Below are positions 1 to 10,110 of a stretch of DNA of 64,000 nt, piece after piece. Source of the stretch: Bythopirellula sp. (GTDB taxonomy: Bacteria; Planctomycetota; Planctomycetia; Pirellulales; Lacipirellulaceae); contig OZ244170.1 in assembly GCA_965216565.1 (NCBI GenBank), positions 4,832,001 to 4,896,000 of the forward strand, read 5' to 3'. The translations under genes were made by a program, and so were the position numbers. Under the pieces are notes generated by a model. That model was not told the origin of the DNA. It saw only the letters and a program-made list of their open reading frames with translations, and made no database searches. Every line of letters begins with the position of its first letter. Position 1 is the stretch's first letter.

Positions 1-777
1 ATAGAATTAGCACCCGAACACGAGGCCGCACGGCAGGCACGTCGCCTGGCTTGGCAGTCTGTGGGGATGGACGCCACGCGTGTGAACCATAAAGCTCCAA
101 ATGCAAGGGTGCGACCAGCGAAGTTGCGTCACTTCAAGTCAACTCGCAACGGTGCCGCGGCCAAAGAAGATACCATGACAGCGAACAACGAACCTGGCAA
201 ACGGTTAGTCTCGTGGATTGACGGTGTCGGCGGATACCTGATTTGCCTGGGCGACGATGTGATGATTGGCCAACCGGCCTCACCCGCCCAAGTCGATATC
301 CCAATTTTTGCCGATCTTTCGCGACGACACGCTTCGCTGAAACGCGACGGCGAATCTTATGTGCTTACGCCCGTGCATAACGTGAGCGTCAATGGCCAAA
401 AGCTGGCGGGTCCCATGGTGTTGGGTAACGAAGCGCTAATCGAACTTGGCGAATCCGTGAAGATAAGATTCCGCAAGCCCCACGCGCTCAGTGCCACGGC
501 CATCCTCACGCTCGAATCGCCCCACAAACTGGAACCCGCGGTCGACGGCATCATTTTGATGGCCGATAGCTGCATTCTCGGCTCTCAATCGCATAGCCAT
601 ATTCGGTGCCGCGATTGGGAGAAGGATTTAGTGCTCTTCCGCCGGGGCCAAGAAATTTTTGCTCGCAGTGCCGATCCGCTGGAAATCGACGGCGAACCGG
701 CCGACATAGGGGCCCCACTCCCCGCGAATTGCCGTTTGGAGGCAGAAAACCTGGCTCTCAGCTTCGAAGACATATGA
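1..777 (+). CDS. FHA-domain protein, 5' truncated by window edge
   Basis: Frame is open from base 1 (IELAPEHEAARQARRLAWQSVGMD...). FHA-like motifs IGQP...LSRRHASL...VSVNG. Lies directly upstream of a Ser/Thr kinase. Confidence 0.75.
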   Translation: MELAPEHEAARQARRLAWQSVGMDATRVNHKAPNARVRPAKLRHFKSTRNGAAAKEDTMTANNEPGKRLVSWIDGVGGYLICLGDDVMIGQPASPAQVDIPIFADLSRRHASLKRDGESYVLTPVHNVSVNGQKLAGPMVLGNEALIELGESVKIRFRKPHALSATAILTLESPHKLEPAVDGIILMADSCILGSQSHSHIRCRDWEKDLVLFRRGQEIFARSADPLEIDGEPADIGAPLPANCRLEAENLALSFEDI

Positions 778-836
778 ATTGGCCTTTGAAATCAAGGTTT
801 TAGACAAGATACAATTAACATTGGCGAATACCAATC

Positions 837-2828
837 GTGCTTACCCAACCCGTCACAGAACCGATGAACGTTAAGCCTCTGGAATCTGAGCCCGACGAAC
901 AGCCCAAAGCGGCTGCTCGCTATACCTATGCCAGCGGTTCAAGTCCGTTGGAAGGGTATACCATCAAGCGTGGTGTAGGGCGCGGTGGTTTTGGAGAAGT
1001 CTATTTCGCGCTTTCCGATGCCGGCAAAGAAGTGGCGTTGAAACTTATCCGCCGCAACCTGGACATCGAGCTTCGCGGCGTCACGCACTGTTTGAATCTC
1101 AAACATCCAAACCTGATTGCCCTCTATGATATCCGCAGCGACGACTTAGACGATCGCTGGGTTGTGATGGAATATGTCGCAGGCGAATCGTTGGAAGAGG
1201 CCATTGAGAGGCACCCCCATGGCATGCCTTTAGATTTGGCAATGCACTGGTTCACTGGCATGGCCGCCGGTGTTGCGCACCTCCACGACCATGGCATTGT
1301 GCATCGCGACCTGAAGCCGGCCAACATCTTTATGGATCAAGGCACCGTCAAGATCGGTGACTATGGTCTCTCGAAGTTTATCTCTTGCAGCCGTCGTAGT
1401 GGCCAAACCGAGAGTGTCGGCACGGTGCACTACATGGCCCCCGAGATCGCTAACGGTCGCTACGGCAAAGAAATCGATACCTACGCCCTGGGCATCATCC
1501 TTTACGAAATGCTTACCGGCCACGTTCCCTTCGAAGGCGAGAGCGTCGGCGAAGTATTGATGAAACATCTGACTGCCGAACCCGATTTGGAATCGCTCGA
1601 CGAGCCGTTCCGAACATTGGTGCAAAGCGCCATGGCGAAAGATCCCGACGCCCGCTTCAGCAGTATCGCTGCGATGACCAAACAATTGCCGGTTGGCAAC
1701 TTTGCTGAGGGTTACGTTCCCGTGACCGTGGTAGAAACCAGCCAGGCGGCAAACGGAGCCAGTGAAGAAGAACCCATTCTGGCCGGAATTAAGAAAGGAC
1801 TTCACGAAGCGGAATCGAGTATTCGCAACAGCGACATGCATCCGCTGCTGAAGAGTGTTATCGGCGTGGTCGTTGTGATTGGTTTAGTTGCAACGAGTGC
1901 GGAGTGGCTCGGCCTGTTCATGATCCTGGGGTTCTGCTACTTGATTTATCGAGCGGTACGACTCCTGGTGGACAACCCTCACCATTCCTCTTCGTCGATC
2001 TCTCCGTCGATGTCCCCCGATCATCCGATCCAGGGGATGCCGGTCGCGAACCGGAGCCCGGGGGCAGCAGGAAGGCCAACCGAAAAGCAGAACAGAGCTT
2101 CAAAAAAAAAGCGCCGTAAGAGCTGGCAGCAACACTTGCAAAACCACCTCGCCCAGCGAACCACGCGGGAGCGAGTGACGGACTTGGTAGGCAGCATGCT
2201 CCTCTCAGCCGTGGTGGCTGTGGTGGCCGCGATGCTAATCAGTTCGCTCTTATTAGGATCCCTAGGCCAAGGCATAGAGCAATGGCTGACGCTGACGATC
2301 ATGCTCTCCAGTTGGGCTGTGATGATCCCCGGCAAGTTGACCGAGGGACGAGTCGAAGACCAGGCACCCCTACGTTTCACCATGCTGGTACTCGGCGCGT
2401 TAGTGGGTGTTGTGTCGTGGAGCATTGCCGATCAAATGATGCTGATGCTCCCTGCCTCGCAACAACTTGGAATCGCCCCGGAGGGAACTCTAACGGCAAA
2501 CATCTTAGAAAACCCTATTGGCCCGACGTTGGCTGAGGGCTACCAGGCTGGACTTGTAACAGTACCGATGCAAGTTTTTGTCGGCTACTTTGCGATCCTG
2601 TTTGTCACGCTCGCTTGGTGGCGTCAGAGTGACTATTCTCGCAGCAGTCGTGTAGGTCTTTGGAGAATCGTCTGGTGCGGACTGGTAGCGTGGATGTTGC
2701 ATTTTGTGTGGTGGTTCCCCCAGCCAGTCGGCATGCTTACCGCTGCCGCCACGGCGCTGGCCGTACAACTATCTAGTCCGTGGATGCCTCCCAGTCGGAG
2801 ACGCGCACTCTCTGAGATGGAGGTTTAA
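837..2828 (+). CDS. Hanks-type Ser/Thr protein kinase with C-terminal multi-pass membrane domain
   Basis: [32 protein letters not shown]; several hydrophobic segments in the C-terminal half. Confidence 0.93.
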   Translation: MLTQPVTEPMNVKPLESEPDEQPKAAARYTYASGSSPLEGYTIKRGVGRGGFGEVYFALSDAGKEVALKLIRRNLDIELRGVTHCLNLKHPNLIALYDIRSDDLDDRWVVMEYVAGESLEEAIERHPHGMPLDLAMHWFTGMAAGVAHLHDHGIVHRDLKPANIFMDQGTVKIGDYGLSKFISCSRRSGQTESVGTVHYMAPEIANGRYGKEIDTYALGIILYEMLTGHVPFEGESVGEVLMKHLTAEPDLESLDEPFRTLVQSAMAKDPDARFSSIAAMTKQLPVGNFAEGYVPVTVVETSQAANGASEEEPILAGIKKGLHEAESSIRNSDMHPLLKSVIGVVVVIGLVATSAEWLGLFMILGFCYLIYRAVRLLVDNPHHSSSSISPSMSPDHPIQGMPVANRSPGAAGRPTEKQNRASKKKRRKSWQQHLQNHLAQRTTRERVTDLVGSMLLSAVVAVVAAMLISSLLLGSLGQGIEQWLTLTIMLSSWAVMIPGKLTEGRVEDQAPLRFTMLVLGALVGVVSWSIADQMMLMLPASQQLGIAPEGTLTANILENPIGPTLAEGYQAGLVTVPMQVFVGYFAILFVTLAWWRQSDYSRSSRVGLWRIVWCGLVAWMLHFVWWFPQPVGMLTAAATALAVQLSSPWMPPSRRRALSEMEV

Positions 2829-2830
2829 TT

Positions 2831-3808
2831 ATGTCCGTGGCAATCTGTGTCCTGATCTTGATTCCCCTACTGCTATTGCTTCTTGCGGTCATGATCTTTC
2901 GCGCATGCAGAGGGCAATGGTGGCCGCTAGGGGTGCTCATCGGCCTGCCGCTATTCTTGTGGTTTTTGACTGCCAAGTATGAACACCAACAAGCAGATCA
3001 GATTGGGGCGGAAGCAAGGGCAGAAGCAGTCAAAGTACAAGCAATTGCTAACGAGCGGGTAAAAGCAAAGCTAACCAACGCCGAAAGCCCATCTTCAGCC
3101 ACTACTCCAGCGCTTACGATCAGTCGCCCTGAGCGTCCCACCGCGGAGCTCTGGGAGGAACTGACCAAGAGCCGCATCGATCTCGATGGCGAAGCAGAAA
3201 AATCCCCGGTGGTTCGTCAAGCGGCGAAAGCTGCTGAGCAGGCCGAAGAGGATTCCGAAGAATTGATCGCTCTCGATCCGCCCGATTGGGTGACGAATAA
3301 GCCCAAGCCGGTTGGCAATGTCTATCGAGTTGTTGTCCAATCCGATCCGTTCTACAGCGAGGATGAGTGCTTTGATCAGCTCGAAGAGAAATTCGAGGAA
3401 GAAGTTCGCGAGCGGCTGACGAAGATCCTACCTGCCACCCAGAAAGCGGATATCCGTGGGGCATCACTGGCGGAGCTTGGCATTCCGCTTAGTTTCGTGA
3501 TGAAGGAGATTTGTCGCGAGAGCCATACCACCCTGGTCGATTCTTCGGTTGGAACCATGAAGACAGTGCATGTTTTGATGGAGTTTGACGGCAGTGTCGA
3601 ACAAGAGCTGCGCAGCGACTGGATTGCCTACCAACGTCGGCAGGGACGAGGCATGGTTTCGAGGATCGCTGCGATGGTGCTGAGTGGGCTCGCCATTTGC
3701 TATTCTCTGCTGCAGGTGGATACGTGGACCCGCGGCTACTATACGAAGCGGTTGCTAGTTGGCCTGCCAGTGGCGATAATCGCTGTTGCTCTGTTGGTTT
3801 TTGCTTGA
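2831..3808 (+). CDS. Hypothetical membrane protein (2 N-terminal and 2 C-terminal TM helices)
   Basis: 325-aa ORF starting 2 nt after the kinase stop; hydrophobic termini. Confidence 0.75.
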   Translation: MSVAICVLILIPLLLLLLAVMIFRACRGQWWPLGVLIGLPLFLWFLTAKYEHQQADQIGAEARAEAVKVQAIANERVKAKLTNAESPSSATTPALTISRPERPTAELWEELTKSRIDLDGEAEKSPVVRQAAKAAEQAEEDSEELIALDPPDWVTNKPKPVGNVYRVVVQSDPFYSEDECFDQLEEKFEEEVRERLTKILPATQKADIRGASLAELGIPLSFVMKEICRESHTTLVDSSVGTMKTVHVLMEFDGSVEQELRSDWIAYQRRQGRGMVSRIAAMVLSGLAICYSLLQVDTWTRGYYTKRLLVGLPVAIIAVALLVFA

Positions 3809-3854
3809 GCGTGCAGAATACCAGCGAGACGTGCCTTAAGCCGCAATTAAAGAA

Positions 3855-3945
3855 TGGTCCTCTCCCCCCTGGGTAGAGGCTAGGTGAGGGCGAGCTGCCC
3901 ACAAGCTCAATCCCCCCTACCCCTTCCTGAATGGGAGCAGGACCA
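3855..3945. repeat. Degenerate REP-like palindromic element (CCCTCTCCC/GGGAGAGGG family)
   Basis: TGGTCCTCTCCC...GGGAGCAGGACCA outer inverted repeat; internal GGGTAGAGGCTAGGTGAGGG resembles the element at 13631-13853. Confidence 0.6.
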
Positions 3946-4001
3946 ATAACTGGCTGGTGCACATTGATTCCACAATCGTCCGTTGCCGGGGAAACCAAGA
4001 T

Positions 4002-4631
4002 TTGTCCAATCCCGATGTACTTCTGGTGCAGGAAATCCGTCAGGGGAAGCCTGATGCATGGGATAAACTCATCGCGCAATACGAGGGGCGTTTGCTCTCG
4101 TTCGTCGAGAGTCGCCTGCATCGTCGGGCGGCCAGCGAAGATGTGGTGCAGGAAACCTTTATCGGATTCCTCCGCAGCTTGCCCAATTACGACACTTCCA
4201 GGCCATTGGAAAGTTGGCTCTTCTCCATTGCCGCCCACAAGCTGACCGATTACTTGCGTCGAGAGGGCCGCCGTCCTGCCGTACCGCTCTCCACCGGAGA
4301 CGATTCCAGTGGCAATTGGGAACCTGTGGGCAAGGCCCGTGTGGCAAGTAGTATTGCCCGCAGTGGCGAACGTCGCGGCATGGAAGAAGATGCCATTGCC
4401 GATGCCATGCGAGAACAACTCGAGCGGTGGCAAGATCAACAAGATTGGAAGAAAATCCAATGCATGGAGCTCCTGTTTGTTGTCGGTTTAGGTAACAAGC
4501 AGGTTGCCGAGTCGATTGATCTCTCGGAACAGCAGGTGGCGAATTTTAAGTACGACTTTCTCGAACGACTGCGCAAAGTAGTTCGTGGATCGAGACTCAA
4601 CGAGGACGTGTTTCCAGAATTACATGAGTAA
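4002..4631 (+). CDS. ECF (sigma-70 family) RNA polymerase sigma factor
   Basis: SEDVVQETF, SWLFSIAAHKLTDYLRR (region 2) and C-terminal HTH NKQVAESIDLSEQQV. TTG start at 4002 inferred (ORF track starts at 3957). Confidence 0.9.
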   Translation: MSNPDVLLVQEIRQGKPDAWDKLIAQYEGRLLSFVESRLHRRAASEDVVQETFIGFLRSLPNYDTSRPLESWLFSIAAHKLTDYLRREGRRPAVPLSTGDDSSGNWEPVGKARVASSIARSGERRGMEEDAIADAMREQLERWQDQQDWKKIQCMELLFVVGLGNKQVAESIDLSEQQVANFKYDFLERLRKVVRGSRLNEDVFPELHE

Positions 4632-5037
4632 TCAATTCACCAAAGCTCAGCTTGAAGCCTTTCTCGACGAGTCGTTGCCGCCCGAGCAAATGACTGCCGT
4701 CGAAAGTCTGCTGCGCGAGGACGATGGTTTGAGCGAGCAATTGGCGCAGCTCGTGGGTGAGCGCGACGCGGGTGTGCATTCGCTCGGTGCCATTTGGCGA
4801 CGCCATCGACTTAGTTGTCCAGATCGTGCGCTCTTGGGTAGCTACTTGCTGGAAGTGCTCGATCCAGAACACAGCAGCTATGTGAACTTTCATGTAGAAG
4901 CTGTTGGCTGTCGGCTATGCAACGCCAGCCTGGCAGACCTGCGCAAACAGCACGAAGAGACCGAGTTGGAGGATAGCTGGCAACGTCGGCAGAAGTATTT
5001 CCAATCGAGTGCCGGCTATTTGGCACCGGAAGATTGA
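4624..5037 (+). CDS. Small protein with zinc-binding anti-sigma-like motif
   Basis: Overlaps the sigma stop codon; two LxAY/FLDExL-type segments and HVEAVGCRLC; no TM helix. Confidence 0.65.
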   Translation: MSNQFTKAQLEAFLDESLPPEQMTAVESLLREDDGLSEQLAQLVGERDAGVHSLGAIWRRHRLSCPDRALLGSYLLEVLDPEHSSYVNFHVEAVGCRLCNASLADLRKQHEETELEDSWQRRQKYFQSSAGYLAPED

Positions 5038-5083
5038 GCCCCAAAAAGTTAAGCAGCTGGCGTGTTGCTTCGGCTGCCTGCGT

Positions 5084-6472
5084 CTACAGCCTTAGTTGTT
5101 CCAGCGGCGACTGCCAAAGCAGCTTCGGACTAAACAAAGCTGCCAACGTGCCGAGAGTTTCCGGCTGCTGGACGATCAGCGGCTCCTGGCCGTCGGCCTC
5201 AGAAAACCTGCGATTACTCAAGAGCAGATTCTGGAAGGCATGCCAACTGCACCGAACGGTTGGATCAGGAGAAGCAGTCGGCTCAAGTCGGGCACTGCGT
5301 CGAGTGAGGACGAATTGCTGAGAGTGTTCTTCCATGCAAAACTCAATCTGCTGCGAAGTGCTGATGCCTGCCTCGCGCGTCCGCTGATGAAAGATTGGAT
5401 ACATGCGTTCCACCCAGCGTTGGGGCGCAAGTAGCTTCATCATGCCGACGCCACCGTTAGCCTCTGAATCCGAATTCCAGCTCCCCCCGGCCGTAACGAG
5501 TAATTCGTGCATTGGATCGGCTGCTGGGGTGTGCAGTGATAGAAAACGATGATCGCGATCAATGGCATCCCGGCACGCGCGTGCCACCAATTGCGATGCG
5601 GCCGCAGGATATCCGGGCAGCGTGAACATTTCGACGATGGCTGCGTCGCGAGTAATTGCATAACCTACAATGTGCGGAGCTTGGCCTGCATGGGGCGCGG
5701 TAGGAGCCTTTCCGCTTCGTTTGACGGCAATCAGGATCTGGTCGTGAGCTTTACGACCGAGTAGCCATTGCCAGGTTTGCTCGCTGCGTTGCAAACTTCC
5801 CCACATGTTCGGGCAAAGCTGGTGGTACAGGCTTCGCAGGCTGTCGGCTTCAAAATGGCGCCAGGAGCGCACTTCCAACGACGAGCGCTTGCGACGCGGG
5901 ATAGCCCATTGGGCATCGAAATGCGAGAGGATGCTATGGGTGCTGGCTTGCGTATGACCTTGCCCTCGACAAACACTCCAGCCCTGCCGCCGGAACCAGT
6001 CGGGTTGGTCCGTTCGCACAAAGCCTACTATGGCACCTTCCCGAGCGGCGGTTTCTTCGGAGACCTTAAGCAAGGACCGGTCGTAGTTTGAACCGCGATA
6101 TTCTGGGAGCGTCACAAAGTCTTGGAACTTAGCAACCGCACAACGTTGCTGTTGGAACCATCCGATGTGTTTCGAGATTTGGACGTGACCAATCAAATCT
6201 CCCGATCGCACCAGCAAGACCCGGTCGCTGGGCTCGTATCCAGGGTCGTCCAGCCGACTTTGAAAATCCTCACCGACGTCCGATTGGTAGGCTTGGATCA
6301 ATAGCTGCAATACTAGCGCATGATCACCTGCATTGCCTGCGACCAGTTGCACACCGTCTCCGAGATCTTGGAGAAGTGTTGAACGTTGCCCCAATAACGC
6401 TGACTCTTTGCCAACGCGCAAGGGTAGGGCGGATGGACGATCAGATTTCCTGATATCCTGCATAGCGGCCAT
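5084..6472 (-). CDS. GNAT-family N-acetyltransferase (Eis-like tandem GNAT architecture)
   Basis: FVTLPEYRGSN and WFRRQGW GNAT-like motifs, second GNAT-like half, 462 aa. Confidence 0.7.
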   Translation of the reverse strand: MAAMQDIRKSDRPSALPLRVGKESALLGQRSTLLQDLGDGVQLVAGNAGDHALVLQLLIQAYQSDVGEDFQSRLDDPGYEPSDRVLLVRSGDLIGHVQISKHIGWFQQQRCAVAKFQDFVTLPEYRGSNYDRSLLKVSEETAAREGAIVGFVRTDQPDWFRRQGWSVCRGQGHTQASTHSILSHFDAQWAIPRRKRSSLEVRSWRHFEADSLRSLYHQLCPNMWGSLQRSEQTWQWLLGRKAHDQILIAVKRSGKAPTAPHAGQAPHIVGYAITRDAAIVEMFTLPGYPAAASQLVARACRDAIDRDHRFLSLHTPAADPMHELLVTAGGSWNSDSEANGGVGMMKLLAPQRWVERMYPIFHQRTREAGISTSQQIEFCMEEHSQQFVLTRRSARLEPTASPDPTVRCSWHAFQNLLLSNRRFSEADGQEPLIVQQPETLGTLAALFSPKLLWQSPLEQLRL

Positions 6473-6617
6473 CCTTTCCCGCGGCGGGACTTTCAGCAGG
6501 GTTGCTCAAAGTTCCGCTGCCTCTGTTGTGCCGAACTTGCAAACTCATGACCTGACGAAACCGTGCTTATCAATTGCGTGCCAAGCAATGTTGAATCGCA
6601 TTCGTCTGCAGTTGAGG

Positions 6618-8234
6618 TTAAGGGATGGAGGCCGTGAAATCCAGAAGAAAATCTTGAATGGTCAATTGCGGAAATAGGCAAAAGGGATACTCTCGCGACT
6701 CTAACAACCGATCTGCACGTATTCGGTGATCTAATTCTGCCAATTCCTTGACAATTTCTTCACGACGACTGACCGCCAAATCATTCAACTGGCGATTTAT
6801 TTGCTCAATGGCTTTGTGCCTTTGCTCACAATTCTCAGGCGTCTTATCAAGTGTTATCCATTTGCGTTTTTCTGCGGACAATTTGTCAAATTGTCTTTGC
6901 TGGGCTTCGCTGAGTTGGTCGCGGTCAATGGTTACTTCTGGGTGATAGCGTAAGTTGCGCAGTTCCTGTCGCGTCTCGCGGTAGTACCCCGGACTCGCTT
7001 TGGAATGGGCAATTGGCAAACGCAACGTGCCCGTAATCGTCGCGTGCGTCGGGGGACGAATGCCAAAAAATTCTGAACAGATTTCGTCCGTTACCTGATC
7101 GTACTTTGCGCCGCCAATCCCATGAATGAAGATATCGGACAAGAATAGACGAGCAAACATCGTCGTCGTCAGGGCCCGTGTACGGAGCTTGATTCCTTCG
7201 TTTTCTAGAGCCTGGAGTTGATGGAGTCCCTTCTCTGTAGATCCAGTTAGAATATTCTCTAGCCTTGTGTGAAAATCTGCTCGGTCGGTCAGTTTCAATC
7301 CGCCGTCACTCTGAGAAACATACAGGGGCCGCCGCGTGGGAGATTCACTCGACCAGACCCACAAAGGCGATTCGATCCACCCCTCTTCTTCACTGAGATC
7401 GGGCACCGGCTGTGCCTGATTGCGCAGACGGTGCTCGTTTCGATACTCGGCGAGAGCTCGATTGTAGATCGTGCGAAAGGCTTCCGCATTGCTGAGTAAG
7501 TGAAGCACAAATCGATGGAAAGTCTCCGAGCGACAGACGTGGCTGTAGGGGACTTCCCAGGTTTCGTTGCCCCACGAAAGCTCCAGCAAATGACGAGCCT
7601 GCGAAAGCGTTTCGCCTAGGTTACGGTTTACACCGAGCCGAAGTACTTCGGGCCACCACTCCTGTAACAGTGGGCTGGAAATTAGCGGAGCGATCGTTCT
7701 AGTAGCAGCTTTGCCAAAAGAGTTCCACGTCTCCGGATTGTTGATGAGCCGTTCTTCGTAGGGCACTGTGCGACTAGATTTGTCCCAAGGGACATTGACC
7801 AGACGCGGGTCGTCCGCCGTGCCTGTAGGCACAGGCATGGCAGTGGCACGGCACAAATCGCTATCGATAACGATATTGATGGCAGACCCAGCGACTCGCT
7901 TGGCAAGCCTTCCAGCGGCAAAATTCTTGAGCCAGACGCCCGGATGATGCAATCCAGGCTGATGCCCGGTAACAACTAGCGGACCTGCAAGAGCTCGCTG
8001 CTGCGATGTATCAGAGTAAGTGCCTGTGTAAGTCTTGGCAGCGGAGACCAAGAACTTTCGTGCCTCTTCCCGCATTGCCGCCAAAGACTTACCGCCAATT
8101 GATAAATCACAATCAGCCAGCTCAGAACGGTTCTGTTCAATTTGTTGGGGGAGCGAATTCCAAGAAGGGTCGCAGAGCACTTGGCCATCGCCTGCGGGAG
8201 CACGATACCGGCGATACCGGATCGATTTGTTCAT
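6618..8234 (-). CDS. Conserved hypothetical protein, possibly BshC-like ligase fold
   Basis: VVTGHQPGLHHPGVWLKN and FIHGIGGAKYDQVTD motifs plus C-terminal coiled coil; overlaps the GT2 stop (ATGA). Confidence 0.6.
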   Translation of the reverse strand: MNKSIRYRRYRAPAGDGQVLCDPSWNSLPQQIEQNRSELADCDLSIGGKSLAAMREEARKFLVSAAKTYTGTYSDTSQQRALAGPLVVTGHQPGLHHPGVWLKNFAAGRLAKRVAGSAINIVIDSDLCRATAMPVPTGTADDPRLVNVPWDKSSRTVPYEERLINNPETWNSFGKAATRTIAPLISSPLLQEWWPEVLRLGVNRNLGETLSQARHLLELSWGNETWEVPYSHVCRSETFHRFVLHLLSNAEAFRTIYNRALAEYRNEHRLRNQAQPVPDLSEEEGWIESPLWVWSSESPTRRPLYVSQSDGGLKLTDRADFHTRLENILTGSTEKGLHQLQALENEGIKLRTRALTTTMFARLFLSDIFIHGIGGAKYDQVTDEICSEFFGIRPPTHATITGTLRLPIAHSKASPGYYRETRQELRNLRYHPEVTIDRDQLSEAQQRQFDKLSAEKRKWITLDKTPENCEQRHKAIEQINRQLNDLAVSRREEIVKELAELDHRIRADRLLESREYPFCLFPQLTIQDFLLDFTASIP

Positions 8235-9028
8235 GAAGTAGATCCCAACTCGCTACCGCACAATGGTTCCGGCAGGTCTTCTACCTCGGCGAGGTCTGCG
8301 ACAGCAATGGCGCGATCGATGACGTCTCGATAATAATTCAGCCGAATATCAGCAGCATCCAGAGTGCCACCGAAGCTGCGATCTTCATCCAAGTAGATTA
8401 GTGGCACAGCCGCTTCTTCGACGCAGAGCCCGTGCTTGGCAGCTTGGACCCACAGCTCAAGCGGCATGGCATAGCCAGTCTCTTGCAATTCCAGCTTGGC
8501 CAGTGCGCTGGTGCGATAGGCCTTAAGCCCACAGAAGGCGTCCGTTAAATTCATTCCCAATCGTCGATTGAGCTGCTCGGTAACCATCTGATTGATGCGT
8601 CGTCGATCGGCTGGCACTTTTCCTTCGCGATCTTCAAACTTGTTCAAATAGCGGCTGCCAGAGACAATATCCGCCTCGTTGCATCTCATTGCCAGTTTTG
8701 AGATCAGCTGAGGTTCGTGCTGGCCATCGCAATCGATCGTGACCAACACATCGTAGCGATGCACAATTGCAAAATCGAAAGCAGTTTGCAGGGCCGCTCC
8801 ATAGCCTCGGTTTTCTGGGTGGACGACGATGTTCAGATCATCTCGACCCGCCAGATATTCGCGAGTGCAGTCCGTAGACCCATCGTCCACAACCAGCACA
8901 TCGGTCGCATACTTCACGACTTCGTCGAGAACCTCGGTGACATGGTTACATTCGTTAAAAACGGGGAGAGCCGTTAGATAACGGGGAATCTCCATGTCCA
9001 AAGACGGGTCACGATTCGAAGAATTCAT
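8231..9028 (-). CDS. Glycosyltransferase family 2 (polyprenol-phosphate mannose synthase-like)
   Basis: PVFNE, VVDDGSTD, NRGYGAA, IDCDGQH, VSGSR, TDAFCGLKAY. Confidence 0.9.
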   Translation of the reverse strand: MNSSNRDPSLDMEIPRYLTALPVFNECNHVTEVLDEVVKYATDVLVVDDGSTDCTREYLAGRDDLNIVVHPENRGYGAALQTAFDFAIVHRYDVLVTIDCDGQHEPQLISKLAMRCNEADIVSGSRYLNKFEDREGKVPADRRRINQMVTEQLNRRLGMNLTDAFCGLKAYRTSALAKLELQETGYAMPLELWVQAAKHGLCVEEAAVPLIYLDEDRSFGGTLDAADIRLNYYRDVIDRAIAVADLAEVEDLPEPLCGSELGSTS

Positions 9029-9141
9029 CTCGTTCCTACGTTAAACTCATGTAACAATCACAATACGTCATCGTGCAACACCCCATTTTAGATCGCCCCC
9101 CCTAAGGGTCAACTCAGCCTAATAAGGCAGCGTGGAACTGC

Positions 9142-9933
9142 TTAGATGGTTCGCAGAGGGTCTTTTTCTTGCTGACTGGCCCAAGCTTCGATGCCTGGAA
9201 CTTGCTCGCAGAGGTAGTCGGCCAGAGAGAGAAGTGCGAAACGTTCGCTAGCAAAATGGCCAGGTAAGACTAGCCCTACGCCGCGGGCTTCAGCTTCTAG
9301 ACACCCATGGAAAGTGATCTCTCCCGTCACCAGACAGTCACAATCACGATCGATGGCTGATTGTAGAAAACTTCCACCGCTACCACAGGCAATGGCCACT
9401 GAATCGACGATTTGATCGTCGCTACCAACAACTCGCACTACATCGATGTCTAGGAATGACTTGACTCGCTCGGCCAATTCTAACAACGTCACTCCGCCTG
9501 TTGATCCAATGCGTCCCGAGCCAACGTCTAGTTCTTCGCTGGAAGGCAAGGGCACCAACGGTTCGATTTGCTGCAGGCCGAAACCGATGGCCAAGTGTTG
9601 ATTGATCCCAGCTTGTGCCGAGTCGAATGCCGTGTGCGGACTATACACGGCAATCTTTGCAGAGATCAAATCCAGCAGTAATCCACCAGCGGTAGTTTCG
9701 GGGGTGATGGACTTCAGGGGTTGAAAGGGCAGGGGATGATGCGACACGATCATGTCGGCGCGTTTTTCAATCGCTTCGGCCACAGTAGTAGGCGTGATGG
9801 TCAAACACGTTAGGACCTTCTCGACACTCCACTTTCCGCTCCCAACGAGCAAGCCAACATTGTCCCATTCCTCAGCAAGCGCCGCAGGGGCGAAGCTTTG
9901 CATACTTTCAACGATATTTGAGACGGTTGCCAT
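9142..9933 (-). CDS. Nif3-like dinuclear metal-centre protein (YbgI family)
   Basis: AEEWDNVGLLVG, SHHPLPF, HTAFD, GSGG, TGE, GHFASE. Start moved to the ATG at 9933. Confidence 0.92.
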   Translation of the reverse strand: MATVSNIVESMQSFAPAALAEEWDNVGLLVGSGKWSVEKVLTCLTITPTTVAEAIEKRADMIVSHHPLPFQPLKSITPETTAGGLLLDLISAKIAVYSPHTAFDSAQAGINQHLAIGFGLQQIEPLVPLPSSEELDVGSGRIGSTGGVTLLELAERVKSFLDIDVVRVVGSDDQIVDSVAIACGSGGSFLQSAIDRDCDCLVTGEITFHGCLEAEARGVGLVLPGHFASERFALLSLADYLCEQVPGIEAWASQQEKDPLRTI

Positions 9934-10110
9934 TGAGGAGTTTTCTACCGCGAGAGTCACTTATGGGAATCGAATCCATCATCCTAACGGCTGACATTTC
10001 TTACGACAAGAACCGCTAGAAGTGAGCGGCTGATGGGGGTTCCATTACAAATCGCGTATTCACGGCTAGTCGCGTTTGCCTACATTCGGCCTTAGAACTT
10101 CTCACGTGCC

